From positions 5,332,001-5,396,000 of the forward strand of contig NC_134035.1 in NCBI RefSeq assembly GCF_964204645.1: a stretch of 64,000 nt of DNA, given 5' to 3'. The stretch is from Tubulanus polymorphus (lineage: Eukaryota; Animalia; Nemertea). Shown here in pieces: positions 1-15,590 of the stretch. The position numbers and the translations under genes were made by a program. Numbering within the stretch: position 1 is the first letter of the stretch; the number at the start of each line of letters is the position of its first letter. The notes beneath the pieces were generated by a model. That model made no database searches and was not told where the DNA came from. It worked only from the letters and a program-made list of their open reading frames with translations.

Positions 1-3000
1 AACCCTTATATGACAATTGAATACAGCATCTTCAGGATGATATGGAGCCTCAAAATTCTGGATCTTTCGACCAATTTATTGAAAATTAGTTCAGTACACC
101 TTACCCTTATATAACAATTGAATACAGCATCTTCAGGGCGATATGAAGCCTATAAAATCTAGATCTTTCAACCAATCTACTGAAAATCAGTGCAGTACAC
201 CCAACCCTTATACGACAATTGAAAAAAGCATCTTCAAACGATATGGAGCCACAAAATTCTGGATCTTTCGACCAATCTATTGAAAATCAGTTCAGTACAC
301 CCTACCCTTATATGACAATTCAATACAGCATCCTCAGGACGATATGATGCCCCAAAATTCTGGATCATTCAACCAATGTATTGAAAATCAGTTCAATACA
401 CCCTACCCATATAGGACAATTGAATACAGCATCTTCAGGACGATATGAAGCCTCAAAAATCTAGATCTTTCAACCAATCTACTGAAAATCAGTGCAGTAC
501 AGCCAACCCTTATAGGACAATTGAAAACAGCATCTTCAGGACGATATGGAGCCATAAAATTCTGGATCTTTCGACCAATCTATTGTAAATTAGTTCAGTA
601 CACCCTACCCTTATATAACAATTGAATACAGCATCTTCAGACGATATGGAGCCACAAAATCCTGGATCTTTTGACCAATCTATTGAAAATCAGTTCATTA
701 CCTCCTACCCATATATGACAATTGAATACAGCATCTTCAGGACAATATGGAGCCACAAAAATCTAGATCTTTCAACCGATCTGCTGAAAATCAGTTCAGT
801 ACACCCAACCTTTATATGACAATTCAATACAGCATCTTCAGGACGATATGATGCCCCAAAATCCTTGATCTTTCAACCAATCTACTGAAAAAAAGTTCAG
901 TACACCCAACCCATATATGACAACTGAATACAGCATCTTCAGGACGATATGGAGCCACAAAATTCTGGATCTTTCGACCAATGCATTGAAAATCAGTTCA
1001 TTACACCCTACCCATATATGACAATTGAATACAGCATCTTCAGGGTGATATTAGGCCTATAAAATCTAGATCTTTCAACCAATCTGCTGAAAATCAGTTC
1101 AGTACACCCAACCCTTATATGACAATTCAATACAGAGTCTTCAGGACGATATGGAGCGACAAAATTCTGGATCTTTCGACCAATCTATTGAAAATTAGTT
1201 CAGTACACCCAACCCTTAATGACAAATGAATACAGCATCTTCAGGACGATATGGAGCCACAAAATTCTGGATCTTTCGACCAATGTATTGAAAATTAGTT
1301 CAGTACACCCAACCCTTATATGACAATTCAATACAGCATCTTCAGGACGATATGATGCCCCAAAATCCTGGATCTTTTGACCAATCTATTGAAAATCAGT
1401 TCAATACACCCTACCCATATATGACAATTGAATACAGCATCTTCAGGACGATATGAAGCCTCAAAAATCTAGATCTTTCAACCAATCTACTGAAAATCAC
1501 TTCAGTACACCCAACCCTTATATGACAATTCAATACAGCATCTTCAGGACAATATGATGCCCCAAAATCCTGGATCTTTCAACCAATCTACTGAAAAACA
1601 GTTCAGTACACCCAACCCTTATATGACAACTGAAAACAGCATCTTCAGGACGATATGGAGCCTCAAAATTCTGGATCTTTCGACCAATGTATTGAAAATC
1701 AGTTCATTACACCCTACCCATATATGACAATTGAATACAGCATCTTCAGGGCCATATGAAGCCTCAAAAATCTAGATCTTTCAACCAATCTGCTGAAAAT
1801 CACTTCAGTACACCCAACCCTTATATGACAATTCAATACAGCATCTTCAGGACGATATGGAGCGACAAAATTATGGATCTTTCGACCAATCTATTGAAAA
1901 TTAGTTCAGTACACCCAACCCTTATATGACAATTGAATACAGCATCTTCAGGACGATATGGAGCCACAAAATTCTGGATCATTCGACCAATGTATTGAAA
2001 ATCACTTCAATACACCCTACCCATATAGGACAATTGAATTCAGCATCTTCAGGACGATATGAAGCCTTAAAAATATAGATCTTTCAACCAATCTACTGAA
2101 AATCAGTTCAGTACACCCAACCCTTATATGACAATTCAATACAGCATCTTCAGGACGAATTGATGCCCCAAAATTCTGGATCTTTCGACCAATCTATTGA
2201 AAATTAGTTAAGTACACCCAACCCTTATATGACAACTGAATACAGCATCTTCAGGACGATATGGAGCCACAAAATTCTGGATCATTCGACCAATGTATTG
2301 AAAATCAGTTCAATACATCCTACCCATATATAGGACAATTGAATTCAGCATCTTCAGAACAATATGAAGCCTCAAAGATCTAGATCTTTTGACCAATCTA
2401 CTGAAAATCAGTTCAGTACACCCAACCCTTGTATGTCAATTCAATACAGCATCTTCAGGATGATTTGATTCCCCAAAATCCTGGATCTTTCGACCAATCT
2501 ATTGAAAATCAGTTCCTTACACTCTACCCATATATGACAATTCAATACAGCATCTTCAGGACGATATGATGCCCCAAAATCCTGGATCTTTTGACCAATC
2601 TATTGAAAATCAGTTCATTACACCCTACCCATATATGACAATTGAATACAGCATCTTCAGGACGATATGAAGCCTAAAAAATCTAAATCTTTCAACCAAT
2701 CTACTGAAAATCAGTTCAGTACACCCAACCCTTATATGACAATTCAATACAGCATCTTCAGGACGATATGATGCCCCAAAATTCTGGATGTTTCGACCAA
2801 TCTATTGAAAATTAGTTAAGTACACCCAACCCTTATATGACAACTGAATACAGCATCTTCAGGACGATATGGAGCCACAAAATTCTGGATCATTCGACCA
2901 ATGTATTGAAAATCAGTTCAATACATCCTACCCATATATAGGACAATAGAATTCAGCATCTTCAGAACGATATGAAGCCTCAAAGATCTAGATCTTTTGA

Positions 3001-6000
3001 CCAATCTACTGAAAATCAGTTCAGTACACCCAACCCTTGTATGTCAATTCAATACAGCATCTTCAGGATGATATGATTCCCCAAAATCCTGGATCTTTCG
3101 ACCAATCTATTGAAAATCAGTTCCTTACACTCTACCCTTATATGACAATTCAATACAGCATCTTCAGGACGATATGATGCCCCAAAATCCTGGATCTTTT
3201 GACCAATCTATTGAAAATCAGTTCATTACACCCTACCCATATATGACAATTGAATACAGCATCTTCAGGATGATATGAAGCCTCAAAAATCTAGATCTTT
3301 CAACCAATGTACTGAAAATCAGTGCAGTACATCCAACCCTTATATGACAATTGAATACAGCATCTTCAGGACGATATGGAGCCACAAAATTCTGGATCTT
3401 TCGACCAATTTATTGAAAATTAGTTCAGTACACCCAAACCTTATATGACAAGTGAACACAGCATCTTCAGGACGATATGGAGCCACAAAATTCTGGATCA
3501 TTCGACCAATGTATCGAAAATCAGTTCAATACACCCTACCCATATAGGACAATTGAATACAGCATCTTCAGGACGATATGGAGCCACAAAATTCTGAATC
3601 ATTCGACCAATCTATTGAAAATCAGTTCAATACACCCTACCCATATAGGACAATTGAATTCAGCATCTTCAGGACGATATGAAGCATCAAAAATCTAGAT
3701 CTTTCAACCAATCTACTGAAAATCACTTCAGTACACCCAACCCTTATATGACAATTCAATACAGCATCTTCAGGACAATATGATGCCCCAAAATCCTGGA
3801 TCTTTCAACCAATCTACTGAAAAACAGTTCAGTACACCCAACCCTTATATGACAACTGAAAACAGCATCTTCAGGACGATATGGAGCCTCAAAATTCTGG
3901 ATCTTTCGACCAATGTATTGAAAATCAGTTCATTACACCCTACCCATATATGACAATTGAATACAGCATCTTCAGGGCCATATGAAGCCTCAAAAATCTA
4001 GATCTTTCAACCAATCTGCTGAAAATCACTTCAGTACACCCAACCCTTATATGACAATTCAATACAGCATCTTCAGGACGATATGGAGCGACAAAATTAT
4101 GGATCTTTCGACCAATCTATTGAAAATTAGTTCAGTACACCCATCCCTTATATGACAATTGAATACAGCATCTTCAGGACGATATGGAGCCACAAAATTC
4201 TGGATCATTCGACCAATGTATTGAAAATCACTTCAATACACCCTACCCATATAGGACAATTGAATTCAGCATCTTCAGGACGATATGAAGCCTAAAAAAT
4301 ATAGATCTTTCAACCAATCTACTGAAAATCAGTTCAGTACACCCAACCCTTATATGACAATTCAATACAGCATCTTCAGGACGATATGATGCCCCAAAAT
4401 TCTGGATCTTTCGACCAATCTATTGAAAATTAGTTAAGTACACCCAACCCTTATATGACAACTGAATACAGCATCTTCAGGACGATATGGAGCCACAAAA
4501 TTCTGGATCATTCGACCAATGTATTGAAAATCAGTTCAATACATCCTACCCATATATAGGACAATTGAATTCAGCATCTTCAGAACGATATGAAGCCTCA
4601 AAGATCTAGATCTTTTGACCAATCTACTGAAAATCAGTTCAGTACACCCAACCCTTGTATGTCAATTCAATACAGCATCTTCAGGATGATTTGATTCCCC
4701 AAAATCCTGGATCTTTCGACCAATCTATTGAAAATCAGTTCCTTACACTCTACACATATATGACAATTCAATACAGCATCTTCAGGACGATATAATGCCC
4801 CAAAATCCTGGATCTTTTGACCAATCTATTGAAAATCAGTTCATTACACCCTACCCATATATGACAATTGAATACAGCATCTTCAGGACGATATGAAGCC
4901 TCAAAAATCTAGATCTTTCAACCAATCTACTGAAAATCAGTGCAGTACATCCAACCCTTATATGACAATTGAATACAGCATCTTCAGGACAATATGGAGC
5001 CACAAAATTCTGGATCTTTCGACCAATTTATTGAAAATTAGTTCAGTACACCCAAACCTTATATGACAAGTGAACACAGCATCTTCAGGACGATAGGGAG
5101 CCACAAAATTCTGGATCATTCGACCAATGTATCGAAAATCAGTTCAATACACCCTACCCATATAGGACAATTGAATACAGCATCTTCAGGACGATATGAA
5201 GCCTGAAAAATCTAGATCTTTCAACCAATCTACTGAAAATCAGGCTACCCTTAAATGACAACTGAATACAGCATCTTCAGGACGATATGGAGCCATAAAA
5301 TTCTGGATCTTTCGACCAATGTATTGTAAATCAGTTCAATACACCCTACCCATATAGGAATATTGAATACAGCATCTTCAGGACGATATGAAGCCTAAAA
5401 ATATATAGATCTTTCAACCAATCTACTGAAAATAAGTTCAGTACACCCAACCCTTATATGACAAATGAATACACCATCTTCAGGAGGATATGGAGCCACA
5501 AAATTCTGGATCATTCAACCAATGTATTGAAAATCAGTTCAATACACCCAACCCATATAGGACAATTGAATTCAGCATCTTCAGGACGATATGAAGCCTC
5601 AAAAATCTAGATCTTTCAACCAATCTACTGAAAATCACTTCAGTACACCCAATCCTTATATGACAATTCAATTCAGCATCTTCAGGACGATATGATGCCC
5701 CAAAATTCTGGATGTTTCGACCAATCTATTGAAAATTAGTTAAGTACACCCAACCCTTATATGACAACTGAATACAGCATCTTCAGGACGATATGGAGCC
5801 ACAAAATTCTGGATCATTCGACCAATGTATTGAAAATCAGTTCAATACATCCTACCCATATATAGGACAATTGAATTCAGCATCTTCAGAACGATATGAA
5901 GCCTCAAAGATCTAGATCTTTTGACCAATCTACTGAAAATCAGTTCAGTACACCCAACCCTTGTATGTCAATTCAATACAGCATCTTCAGGATGATATGA

Positions 6001-9000
6001 TTCCCCAAAATCCTGGATCTTTCGACCAATCTATTGAAAATCAGTTCCTTACACTCTACCCTTATATGACAATTCAATACAGCATCTTCAGGACGATATG
6101 ATGCCCCAAAATCCTGGATCTTTTGACCAATCTATTGAAAATCAGTTCATTACACCCTACCCATATATGACAATTGAATACAGCATCTTCAGGACGATAT
6201 GAAGCCTCAAAAATCTAGATCTTTCAACCAATCTACTGAAAATCAGTGCAGTACATCCAACCCTAATATGACAATTGAATACAGCATCTTCAGGGCGATA
6301 TGGAGCCACAAAATTCTGGATCTTTCGACCAATTTATTGAAAATTAGTTCAGTACACCCAAACCTTATATGACAATTGAATACAGCATCTTCAGGACGAT
6401 ATGGAGCCACAAAATTCTGAATCATTCGACCAATCTATTGAAAATCAGTTCAATACACCCTACCCATATAGGACAATTGAATTCAGCATCTTCAGGACGA
6501 TATGAAGCATCAAAAATCTAGATCTTTCAACCAATCTACTGAAAATCACTTCAGTACACCCAACCCTTATATGACAATTCAATACAGCATCTTCAGGACA
6601 ATATGATGCCCCAAGATCCTGGATCTTTCAACCAATCTATTGAAAATCAGTTCAATACACCCTACCCATATAGGACAATTGAATTCAGCATCTTCAGGAC
6701 GATATGAAGCATCAAAAATCTAGATCTTTCAACCAATCTACTGAAAATCACTTCAGTACACCCAACCCTTATATGACAATTCAATACAGCATCTTCAGGA
6801 CGATATGATGCCCCAAAATCCTGGATGTTTCAACCAATCTACTGAAAATCAGTTCAGTACACCCAACCTTTATATGAAAATTCAATACAGCATCTTCAGG
6901 ACGATATGATGCCCCAAAATTCTGGATGTTTCGACCAATCTATTGAAAATTAGTTAAGTACACCCAACCCTTATATGACAACTGAATACAGCATCTTCAG
7001 GACGATATGGAGCCACAAAATTCTGGATCATTCGACCAATGTATTAAAAATCAGTTCAATACATCCTACCCATATATAGGACAATTGAATTCAGCATCTT
7101 CAGAACGATATGAAGCCTCAAAGATCTAGATCTTTTGACCAATCTACTGAAAATCAGTTCAGTACACCCAACCCTTGTATGTCAATTCAATACAGCATCT
7201 TGAGGATGATATGATTCCCCAAAATCCTGGATCTTTCGACCAATCTATTGAAAATCAGTTCATTACACCCTACCCATATATGACAATTGAATACAGAATC
7301 TTCAGGACAATATGAAGCCTCAAAAATCTAGATCTTTCAACCAATCTACTGAAAATCAGTGCAGTACACCCAACCCATAGAGGAAAATTGAATTCAGCAT
7401 CTTCAGGACGATATGAAGCCTAAAAAATATAGATCTTTCAACCAATCTACTGAAAATCAGTTCAGTACACCCAATCCTTATATGACAATTCAATACAGCA
7501 TCTTCAGGACGATATGATGCCCCAAAATCCTGGATCTTTCAACCAATCTACTGAAAAACAGTTCAGTACACCCAACCCTTATATGACAATTCAATACAGC
7601 GTCTTCAGGACGATATGATGCCCCAAAATCCTGGATCTTTTGACCAATCTATTGAAAATCAGTTCATTACACCCTACCCATATATGACAATTGAATACAG
7701 CATCTTCAGGACGATATGAAGCCTCAAAAATCTAGATCTTTCAACCAATCTACTGAAAATCAGTGCAGTACATCCAACCCTAATATGACAATTGAATACA
7801 GCATCTTCAGGGCGATATGGAGCCACAAAATTCTGGATCTTTCGACCAATTTATTGAAAATTAGTTCAGTACACCCAAACCTTATATGACAATTGAATAC
7901 AGCATCTTCAGGACGATATGGAGCCACAAAATTCTGAATCATTCGACCAATCTATTGAAAATCAGTTCAATACACCCTACCCATATAGGACAATTGAATT
8001 CAGCATCTTCAGGACGATATGAAGCATCAAAAATCTAGATCTTTCAACCAATCTACTGAAAATCACTTCAGTACACCCAACCCTTATATGACAATTCAAT
8101 ACAGCATCTTCAGGACAATATGATGCCCCAAGATCCTGGATCTTTCAACCAATCTATTGAAAATCAGTTCAATACACCCTACCCATATAGGACAATTGAA
8201 TTCAGCATCTTCAGGACGATATGAAGCATCAAAAATCTAGATCTTTCAACCAATCTACTGAAAATCACTTCAGTACACCCAACCCTTATATGACAATTCA
8301 ATACAGCATCTTCAGGACGATATGATGCCCCAAAATCCTGGATGTTTCAACCAATCTACTGAAAATCAGTTCAGTACACCCAACCTTTATATGAAAATTC
8401 AATACAGCATCTTCAGGACGATATGATGCCCCAAAATTCTGGATGTTTCGACCAATCTATTGAAAATTAGTTAAGTACACCCAACCCTTATATGACAACT
8501 GAATACAGCATCTTCAGGACGATATGGAGCCACAAAATTCTGGATCATTCGACCAATGTATTAAAAATCAGTTCAATACATCCTACCCATATATAGGACA
8601 ATTGAATTCAGCATCTTCAGAACGATATGAAGCCTCAAAGATCTAGATCTTTTGACCAATCTACTGAAAATCAGTTCAGTACACCCAACCCTTGTATGTC
8701 AATTCAATACAGCATCTTGAGGATGATATGATTCCCCAAAATCCTGGATCTTTCGACCAATCTATTGAAAATCAGTTCAATACACCCAACCCATATAGGA
8801 CAATTGAATTCAGCATCTTCAGGACGATATGAAGCCTCAAAAATCTAGATCTTTCAACCAATCTACTGAAAATCACTTCAGTACACCCAATCCTTATATG
8901 ACAATTCAATTCAGCATCTTCAGGACGATATGATGCCCCAAAATCCTGGATCTTTCAACCAATCTATTGAAAATCAGTTCATTACCCTCTACCCTTATAT

Positions 9001-12000
9001 GACAATTCAATACAGCATCCTCAGGACGATATGATGCCCCAAAATCCTGGATCTTTCGACCAATCTATTGAAAATCAGTTCATTACACCCTACCCTTATA
9101 TGACAACTGAATACAGCATCTTCAGGGCGATATGGAGCCACAAAATTCTGGATCTTTCAACCAATCTATTGAAAATTAGTTCAGTACACCCAACCCTTAT
9201 ATGACAACTGAATACAGCATCTTCAGGGCGATATGGAGCCACAAAATTCTGGATCTTTCGACCAACATATTGAAAATCAGTTCAATACACCCTACCCATA
9301 TAGGAAAATTGAATTCAGCATCTACAGGGCGATATGGAGCCACAAAATTCTGGATCTTTCGACCAACGTATTGAAAATCAGTTCATTACATCCTACCCAT
9401 ATATGACAATTGACAACAGCATCTTCAGGACGATATGGGGCCACAAAATTCTGGATCATTCGACCAATCTACTGAAAATTAGTTCAGTACACCCAACCCT
9501 TATATGACAACTGAATACAGCATCTTCAGGACGATATGGAGCCACAAAATTCTGGATCTTTCGACCAATCTATTGAAAATCAGTTCATTACACCCTACCC
9601 ATATATGACAATAGAATACAGCATCTTCAGGACGATATGAAGCCTCAAAAATCTAGATCTTTCAACCAATCTACTGAAAATCAGTGCAGTACACCCAACC
9701 CATATAGGAAAATTGAATTCAGCATCTTCAGGACGATATGAAGCCTCAAAAATCTAGACCTTTTGACCAATCTACTGAAAATCAGTTCAGTACAGCCTAC
9801 CCTTATCTGACAATTGAATATAGCATCTTCAGGACAATATGGAGTCACAAAATTCTGGATCTTTCAACCAATCTATTGTAAATCAGTTCATTCACCCTAC
9901 CCTTATATGACAATTCAATACAGCATCATCTGGACGAGATGGAGCCCCAAAATCCTGGATCTTTTGACCAATCTATTGAAAATCAGTTCATTACACCCTA
10001 CCCATATATGACAATTGAATACAGCATCTTCAGGACGATATGAAGCCTCAAAAATCTAGATCTTTCAACCAATCTACTGAAAATCACTTCAGTACACCCA
10101 ATCCTTATATGACAATTGAAAACAGCATCTTCAGGACGATATGGAGCCCCAAAATCCTGGATCTTTCGACCAATGTATTGAAAATCAGTTCAATACACCC
10201 TACCCATATAGGACAATTGAATTCAGCATCTTCAGGACAATATGAAGCCTAAAAAATCTAGATCTTTCAACCAATCTACTGAAAATCACTTCAGTACACC
10301 CAATCCTTATATGACAATTCAATACAGCATCTTCAGGACGATATGATGCCCCAAAATCCTGGATCTTTCAACCAATCTACTGAAAAACAGTTCAGTACAC
10401 CCAACCCTTATATGACAACTGAATACAGCATCTTCAGGACGATATGGAGCCACAAAATTCTGGATCTTTCGACCAATGTATTGAAAATCAGTTCAATACA
10501 CCCTACCCATAAAGGACAATTGAATACAGCATCTTCAGGACGATATGAAGCCTAAAAAATATAGATCTTTCAACCAATCTACTGAAAATCAGTTCAGTAC
10601 ACCCAATCCTTATATGACAATTCAATACAGCATCTTCAGGACGATATGATGCCCCAAAATCCTGGATCTTTCAACCAATCTACTGAAAAACAGTTCAGTA
10701 CACCCAACCCTTATATGACAATTCAATACAGCGTCTTCAGGACGATATGATGCCCCAAAAGCCTGGATCTTTCCACCAATCTAATGAAAATCACTTCATT
10801 ACACCCTACCCATATATGACAATTGAATACAGAATCTTCAGGACAATATGAAGCCTCAAAAATCTAGATCTTTCAACCAATCTACTGAAAATCAGTGCAG
10901 TACACCCAACCCATAGAGGAAAATTGAATTCAGCATCTTCAGGACGATATGAAGCCTAAAAAATCTAGATCTTTTGACCAATCTACTAAAAATCAGTTCA
11001 GTACAGCCTACCCTTATCTGACAATTGAATATAGCATCTTCAGGACAATATGGAGTCACAAAATTCTGGATCTTTCAACCAATCTATTGTAAATCAGTTC
11101 ATTCACCCTACCCTCATATGACAATTCAATACAGCATCATCTGGACGATATGGAGCCACAAAATTCTGGATCATTCTACCAATGTATTGAAAATCAGTTC
11201 AACCCACCCTACCCATATATAGGACAATTGAATTCAGCATCTTCAGGACAATATGAAGCCTAAAAAATCTAGATCTTTCAACCAATCTACTGAAAATCAC
11301 TTCAGTACACCCAATCCTTATATGACAATTCAATACAGCATCTTCAGGACGATATGATGCCCCAAAATCCTGGATCTTTCAACCAATCTACTGAAAAACA
11401 GTTCAGTACACCCAACCCTTATATGACATCTGAATACAGCATCTTCAGGACGATATGGAGCCACCAAATTATGGATCTTTCGACCAATGTATTGAAAATC
11501 AGTTCAATACACCCTACCCATATAGGATAATTGAATACAGCATCTTCAGGACGATATGAAGCCTAAAAAATATAGATCTTCCAACCAATCTACTGAAAAT
11601 CAGTTCAGTACACCCAACCCTTATATGACAATTCAATACAGCATCTTCAGGACGATATGATGCCCCAAAATCCTGGATCTTTTGACCAATCTATTGAAAA
11701 TCAGTTCATTACACCCTACCCTTATATGACAATTCAATACCGCATCCTCAGGACGATATGATACCCCAAAAGCCTGGATCTTTCGACCAATCTATTGAAA
11801 ATAAGTGCATTACACCCTACCCATATATGACAATTGAATACAGCATCTTCAGGACGATATGAAGCCTAAAAAATCTAGATCTTTCAACCAATCTACTGAA
11901 AATCAGTGCAGTACACCCAACCCATATAGTAAAATTGAATTCAGCATCTTCAGGACGATATGAAGCCTTAAAAATCTAGATCTTTTGACCAATCTACTGA

Positions 12001-14950
12001 AAATCAGTTCAGTACAGCCTACCCTTATCTGACAATTGAATATAGCATCTTCAGGACAATATGGAGCCACAAAATTCTGGATCATTCGACCAATGTATTG
12101 AAAATCAGTTCAATACACCCTACCCATATAGGACAATTGAATTCAGCATCTTCAGGACGATATGAAGCCTCAAAATCTAGATCTTTTGACCAATCTACTG
12201 AAAATCAGTTCAGTTCAGCCTACCCTTATCTGACAATTGAATATGCATCTTCAGGACAATATGGAGTCACAAAATTCTGGATCTTTTGACCAATCTATTG
12301 TAAATTAGTTCAGTACACCCTACCCTTATATGAAAATTAAATACAGCATCTTCAGGGCCATATGGAGCCACAAAATTTTGGTTCTTTCGACCAATGTATT
12401 GAAAATCAGTTCAATACACACTACCCAGATAGGACAATTGAATTCAGCATCTTCAGGATGATATGAAGCCTCAAAAATCTAGATCTTTTAACCAATCTAC
12501 TGAAAATCACTTCAGTACACCCAACCCTTATATGACAATTCAATACAGCATCTTCAGGACGATATGATGCCCCAAAATCCTGGATCTTTCAACCAATCTA
12601 CTGAAAAACAGTTCAGTACACCCAACCCTTATATGACAATTGAATACAGCATCTTCAGGATGATATGGAGCCACCAAATTCTCGAACTTTCGACCAATGT
12701 ATTGAAAATCAGTTCATTACACCCTACCCATATATGACAATTGAATACAGCATCTTCAGGGCGATATGAAGCCTAAAAAATATAGATCTTTCAACCAATC
12801 TACTGAAAATCAGTTCAGTACACCCAACCCTTATATGATTATTCAATACAGCATCTTCAGGACGATATGATGCCCCACAATCCTGGATCTTTTGACCAAT
12901 CTATTGAAAATCAGTTCATTACACCCTACCCTTATGTGAATATTCAATACAGCATCCTCAGGACGATATGATGCCCCAAAATCCTGGATCTTTTGACCAA
13001 TCTATTGAAAATCAGTTCATTACACCCTACCCATATATGTCAATTGAATACAGCATCTTCAGGACGATATGAAGCCTAAAAAATCTAGATCTTTCAACCA
13101 ATCTACTGAAAATCAGTTCAGTAGACCCAACCCTTATATGACAATTGAATACAGCATCTTCAGGACGATATGAAGCCTAAAAAATCTAGATCTTTCAACC
13201 AATCTACTGAAAATCACTTCAGTACACCCAACCCTTATATGACAATTCAATACAACATCTTCAGGACGATATGATGCCCCAAAATCCTGGATCTTTCAAC
13301 CAATCTACTGAAAAACAGTTCAGTACACCCAACCCTTATATGACAACTGAATACAGCATCTTCAGGACGATATGGAGTCACAAAATTCTGGATCTTTCGA
13401 CCAATGTATTGAAAATCAGTTCAATACACCCTACCCATATAGGACAAATGAATACAGCATCTTCAGGACAATATGAAGCCTAAAAAATATAGATCTTTCA
13501 ACCAATCTACGGAAAATCAGTTCAGTACACCCAACCCTTATATGACAATTCAATACAGCATCTTCAGGACGATATGATGCCCCAAAATCCTGGATCTTTT
13601 GACCAATCTATTGAAAATCAGTTCATTACACCCTACCCCTATATGACAATTCAATACAGCATCCTCAGGACAATATGATGCCCCAAAATCATGGATCTTT
13701 TGACCAATCTATTGGAAATCACTTCATTACACCCTACCCATATATGACAATTGAATACAGCATCTTCAGGGCGATATGAAGCCTCAAAAATCTAGATCTT
13801 TCAACCAATCTACTGAAAATCAGTGCAGTACACCCAACCCTTATATGACAATTGAAAACAGCATCTTCAGGACGATATGGAGCCACAAAATTCTGGATCT
13901 TTCGACCAATGTATTGAAAATTAGTTCAGTACACCCAACCCTTATATGACAATTGAATACAGCATCTTCAGGACGATATGGAGCCACAAAATTCTGGATC
14001 ATTCGACCAATGTATTGAAAATCACTTCAATACACCCTACCCAAATAGGACAATTGAATTCAGCATCTTCAAGACGATACGAAGGCTAAAAAATATAGAT
14101 CTTTCAACCAATCTACTGAAAATCAGTTCAGTACACCCAACCCTTATATGACAATTCAATACAGCATCTTCAGGACGATATGATGCCCCAAAATCCTGGA
14201 TCTTTTGACCAAACTATTAAAAATCAGTTCATTACACCCTACCCTTATATGACAATTCAATACAGCATCCTCAGGACGATATGATGCCCCACAATCCTGG
14301 ATCTTTTGACCAATCTATTGAAAATCAGTTCATTACACCCTACCCTTATATGACAATTCAATACAGCATCTTCAGGACGATATGAAGCCTAAAAAATCTA
14401 GATCTTTCAACCAATCTACTGAAAATCAGTTCAGTAGACCCAACCCTTATATGACAATTGAATACAGCATCTTCAGGACGATATGAAGCCCCACAAATCT
14501 AGATCTTTCAACCACTCTACTTAAAATCAGTCCAGTATAGCCTACCCTTATATGACAACTGAATACAGCATCTTCAGGACGATATGGAGCCATAAAATTC
14601 TGGATCATTCGACCAATCTATTGAAAATTAGTTCAGTACACCCAACCCTTATATGACAATTCAATACAGCATCTTCAGGACGATATGATGCCCCAAAATC
14701 CTGGATCTTTTGACCAATCTATTGAAAATCAGTTCATTATACCCTACCCTTATATGAAAATTCAATACAGCATCTTCAGGACGATATGATGCCCCAAAAT
14801 CCTGGATCTTTCAACCAATTTATTGGAAATCAGTTCAGTACACCCCTATCCATATGTAGCCAGGAAATCTTGATCTTTCAACCCATCTACTGGAAATCAG
14901 TTAAGTACATCTCTTACCATGTATTACAATTATATACAGTATCTTCGAGG
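1..14950. repeat. 101-bp tandem satellite array (~147 monomers), truncated by the left window edge and degenerating after ~14,840
   Basis: ATACAGCATCTTCAGG recurs at 21, 122 and onward with period 101. Consensus ~AACCCTTATATGACAATTGAATACAGCATCTTCAGGACGATATGGAGCCACAAAATTCTGGATCTTTCGACCAATCTATTGAAAATCAGTTCAGTACACCC. Three subtypes follow GATATG: GAGCCAC, AAGCCTC, ATGCCCC. Confidence 0.99.
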
Positions 14951-15235
14951 CCATATCTAGCCATCATTTTCTGGAGCATCAAAATGACCTCATCAAAACT
15001 TTCAGGAATAAATGGTGACTGTTGTTATTACAGTCACCTGTTGCTAGTTCACAAGTCTCCCATTGTTTGAATCAATATCTATTACGTGTAAAATGATGAA
15101 TTCATAAATTTTGATGTGATTTTCTTTAACAGAAATCGTCAGAAAATGAGGCAGTATATATTGATGTCAGTTTGAGTCTTTCTTTGGCATTATATTTCTG
15201 AAACAATTAACTGGCTAGTGATGTTTTTAGTGATG

Positions 15236-15590
15236 TTAAAAGTTAACACAAGAGCATGAAAAGTTAACAATAATTCATTGATTGAAATGTTAACACAATG
15301 ACCCATTGGATGAAAAGTTAACAAAAGCTTATTGGACGAAAAGTTAACAATAAAATAGGCCTAACTCATTGGATGAAAAGTTAACACAAATGCTCAATGA
15401 AAAGTTAACACAATTGCTCATTGAACGAAAAGTAAACACAACTCATTGCATGAAAAGTGAACACAATAACCCATTACTGATGAAAATAGAATACAATAGT
15501 TCATTGGATGAAAAGTTAACACAAAAGCTCATTGGATGAAAAGTTAATACAACAGCTCATTGGACATAAGTAAACACAATAACTCATTGG
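15236..15590. repeat. Degenerate ~28-bp minisatellite, ~12 copies
   Basis: Unit ~CTCATTGGATGAAAAGTTAACACAA(NNN) repeated head-to-tail. Confidence 0.9.

Noticed and set aside
64-82. CENP-B box in the satellite (TTTCGACCAAT)
   Set aside because: It has TTCG and the central A but lacks the essential CGGG.
1-14850. CRISPR-like array
   Set aside because: The whole unit is repeated with no unique spacers, the context is eukaryotic, and there are no cas genes.
622-15070. Short ORFs in the satellite (e.g. MEPQNPGSFDQSIENQF...)
   Set aside because: They are translations of the 101-bp monomer, which is not a multiple of 3, so frames shift and stop every few units.
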